A stretch of 64,000 nucleotides of DNA, taken from contig NC_086097.1 in the NCBI RefSeq assembly GCF_963921235.1, positions 57,414,001 through 57,478,000 of the forward strand, read 5' to 3'. The stretch comes from Mobula hypostoma. Lineage: Eukaryota. The notes under the pieces were generated by a model. That model saw only the letters and a program-made list of their open reading frames with translations, made no database searches and was not told where the DNA came from. Of this stretch, positions 60,914-64,000 are shown in pieces (within the stretch, counting starts at the first letter, position 1; the number at the start of each line of letters is the position of its first letter). A program made the translations under genes and the position numbers.

Positions 60914-63900
60914 GTACCCCCCTCCCCCCAACCACAGACCCCTCCTGGCATCACTGCAGGTAGAGCTGGGTGCTGGCGATGAAAGTCCCTGATGAGAGAG
61001 GGGTCCAGGATGTTACAGGCAGGGAGCCAGCACCTCTCCTCAGGACCATAGCCCTCCCAATCCACAAGGTGCTGGAGGCCACAGCCCCAGCGATGAACAT
61101 CCAGCAGACGACACACCGTGATGGCCTCTGAATAATTGATAAGCCGTGGGGAAGTGGGGGGGTTGTAGAGAAAGGACACAGGTGGTGGCTCATGAAAGGC
61201 TTGAAGCGGGACACATGGAAGGTGGGACGAATGCTGCGGAGAGTGGACGGGAGCTTGAGACGGACGGTAGCAGGGCTGAAGACTTTAGCAATGGAAAGGG
61301 GCCAATGAAGCTGGGGAGGCGCGATCTTGCAGGAATCCACCTTGGGGGCAGGTCTTGGGTTGAAAGCCACACACGCTGTCCCTGGTGGTAACATGGAGTA
61401 TTGGAGCAATGGTGGTCAGCTTGATGCTTGATCCTAGCAGAGGCATGGAGAAGGGCAGAGCGAGTGTGCCTTCATGGCCGCTGACAACAGCGGATGAATG
61501 TCTCGGCAGATAGAATACCAACTTTCTCCTGGGCAGGAAACAGTTGAAGTTGGTAGCCAAGGCAGCACTCGAAGGGGAACAGACTGGTGGATGAAGACAG
61601 ATGAGAGTTTATGGGGTACTTGGCCCAGGGCAACTGCTGACTCCACGCAGAGGGGTTCTGGGAGACTAGACACCGCAAACTGTTTCTAGCTGTTGGTTGG
61701 CCTGCTCAGTCTGGCCATTGGTCTGTGGGTGGAATCCTGAAGACAGACTTACGGAGGCACCCAGAAGATTACAGAATGCCCTCTAGAAGTTGGATGTGAA
61801 TTGAGACCCCCGTCTGACATCTACAGGTAAACCATACAATTTAAAAACATGCAGTACTAGTAACTTGGCTGTTTCTTTGGCCAAGGGGAGTTTAGGTAAA
61901 GGAATGAATTGTACAGACTTGGAGAAACAATCAACTACTGTGGGAATGGTGGTGTTACCATCTGATGGGGTAAGACCGGTGACAAAATCTAGGGCCATGT
62001 GGGAGCAAGGTCTCTTGGGGATAGACAGGGGTTGTAACAGACCAGCAGGCAACCAGTTAGAGTTCTTACCTCGAGCACAGACCGAGCAGGCTGAGACGAA
62101 GTTGTGGATGTCGTCTCCCATGGAGGGCCACCTGAACCGCCGATTGATGAAGGCCTGAGTATGCTTGGTTCCAGGGTGACAGGATAACCGGGAAGGATGA
62201 CCCCACTGCAATACCTGTGAGCGGACAGAGCTGGGAACATGAACACAGTTAGTGGGTCATTGACTCAGGGCTGCCTCACTCTGTTGAGCAGCTTACACAA
62301 TGGATTCAGTGTCCCATCACGCTGTACCCATGAGACAGTGAGCTGGGAGGATGACATCGGGAGAGGGCATCAGGTTTTCCATTCTTGGAATTGGGGCAGA
62401 AGGACAGAGTAAAATTGAATCTTGAGAAAAACAGAGACCAACGAGCTTGATGGGAGTTGAGACTCTTGGCAGTACTGATATATTCCAGATTCTGGTCATC
62501 AGTCCAGACTAAGAATGGCATTTTGGCTCCCTCCAGACAATGCCTCCACTCCTCCAGAACTAGCTTCACAGCCAGCAGCTCCCAGTTTTGGACACCATAA
62601 TTCCTCTCCGTGGGGTGTGAGGCGGTGAGAGAAGGCAGCGCAGGGGTGTACCTTCTCATCCTTGGCCAAGCACTGAGAGAGAACAGCTGCTATGCCAATG
62701 TCAAATACATCCAACTCCACAATGAACTGCTGGTCGGTGTCGAGTTGAATCAGAATTGGGGCAGAGGTGAAACGTTCCTTCAGGTCAGAGAATGCTTTTT
62801 CTGCAGCAGGGGACCAGGAGAATCTGACAGCAGATGAGGCAAGAGCAGTGAGTGGTACAGTCAGTGTACTGTAATTTCTGATGAAGTGGCAATAGAAATT
62901 AGCAAAGCCCAGGAAGTGTTGAAACTCCCGACGAGTCGAAGGTTGAGGGCCATTCGACCACTGCCTTGACCTTCTATTGATCCATCTGAATGGAACCGCC
63001 TGAAATTACATACCCGAGGAAGGAGACTGTATTGTGATGAAACTCACGTCTCTCAGCCTTCACAAAGAGCTGGTTCTCCAGAAGGCACTAGAGAACTCTG
63101 CGGACGTGACCTGTGTGTTCAGCAAGGGACTTAGAAAAAAAAATATCAAAATGTCGTTGAGATACACAAAAACAAATTGGTTCAGCATGTCCCTGAGATC
63201 GTCATTTACCAGGGCTTGGAAGACGGCAGGGGCATTGGTGAGACCGAATGGCATGACCAGATACTCATAATGGCCTGAGGTGCTGTTGAAGACTGTCTTC
63301 CACCCATCCCCTTCGCAGATGCGACCAAGATGGTATGCATTACGGAGATCAAACTTGATGAAAACTGAAGCTCCTTGCAGTAGGTCGGATGCAGAGGTCA
63401 TGAGCGGAAGAGGGTAACGGTTCTTAACAGCGACTTCATTCAGTCCCCGGTAATCAATGCATGGATGTAAGGACCCGTCCTTCTTTTCAACAAGGAAAAA
63501 ATTGGCACCAGCAGGGGAGGAAGTCAGCCGGATGAAGCCTGCAGCCAGAGGCTCGTTCATGGCTTCAGTTTCAGGTACGGACAGGGAATACAGGCAGCCC
63601 CCCCCCACCCACCCACCCACCCCACCAAGGGAGATGTGCCAGGCAAGAGGTCAATGGCACAATCATATGGATGACGAGGTGGCAGGGAAGTGGCCCAGGA
63701 CTTGCTGAACACAGCCTTGAGGTCCACGTATTCAGGAGAGATGGCACTAACGTCTGGAAATTCCTCGGGGGGATCTGGGCTTGGAGACAAAGAGATCTGA
63801 GCATGGTGGAGGCAGTGGGAATGACAGAATGGACTCTAGCCTACAATCTTGCGACTGAGCCAGTCAATGTGGAGGTTGTGTTTAACTAACTAGGGATGGC

Positions 63901-64000
63901 GCAGGACAATGGGAGCTTGAGGAGAGTCAATAACATAAAGGGTTAACTGTTCATGATGGTTGCTGTATAAACTGAGACTCACTGGGGCCGTGACATGGGT
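60432..64000 (-). mobile_element. Ty3/Gypsy chromovirus (Sushi-like) LTR retrotransposon, decayed, runs off the window
   Basis: RT (CIDYRGLN...KNRYPLP...[13 protein letters not shown]...YLND), RNase H (ELLAVKL.LEEWRH), integrase (HPG...CSVC, DFVTGL, FIGPF), chromodomain ([14 protein letters not shown]); Gypsy domain order. Confidence 0.93.

Noticed and set aside
1..64000. Prokaryotic-type systems (CRISPR arrays, operons, retrons, defence islands), rRNA or tRNA genes
   Set aside because: No regularly spaced repeats, no gene-dense coding and no full tRNA cloverleaf or rRNA seen. The RT motifs all belong to eukaryotic retrotransposons.

Overview
Vertebrate genomic DNA, AT-rich, CpG-depleted and dense in repeats. 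The repeat types (HE1-like SINE, CR1/HER1-type LINEs, Deu-type SINE, abundant Penelope terminal fragments) suggest a cartilaginous fish, probably a ray; this is an inference. The window lies inside one + strand gene, KIAA0586/TALPID3 (centriolar ciliogenesis protein). Four internal coding exons (15641-15827, 17572-17772, 32111-32289, 38162-38278) have GT-AG boundaries and splice into one open frame. Neither end of the gene is in the window. The rest is intron, filled with mostly dead and often nested transposons: CR1, Rex/Babar-like, RTE-like and HERO-like LINEs, Penelope-like elements (PLE), a chromodomain Gypsy element, and Tc1, Tigger/pogo, hAT-Buster and Chapaev3-like DNA transposons. Most ORFs in the supplied track are TE remnants or antisense noise. 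The most notable unannotated signal is about a dozen PLE-derived minimal hammerhead ribozyme motifs. One (46065-46100) has a complete catalytic core in sense orientation in the TALPID3 pre-mRNA, inside a ~170-bp unit with its own target-site duplication (TSD). Also notable are long internal hairpins in two Tigger derivatives and a CpG-rich candidate cryptic exon. I found no evidence for a new protein-coding system. Boundaries of old repeats are approximate, and family names come from motif recognition, not database searches.
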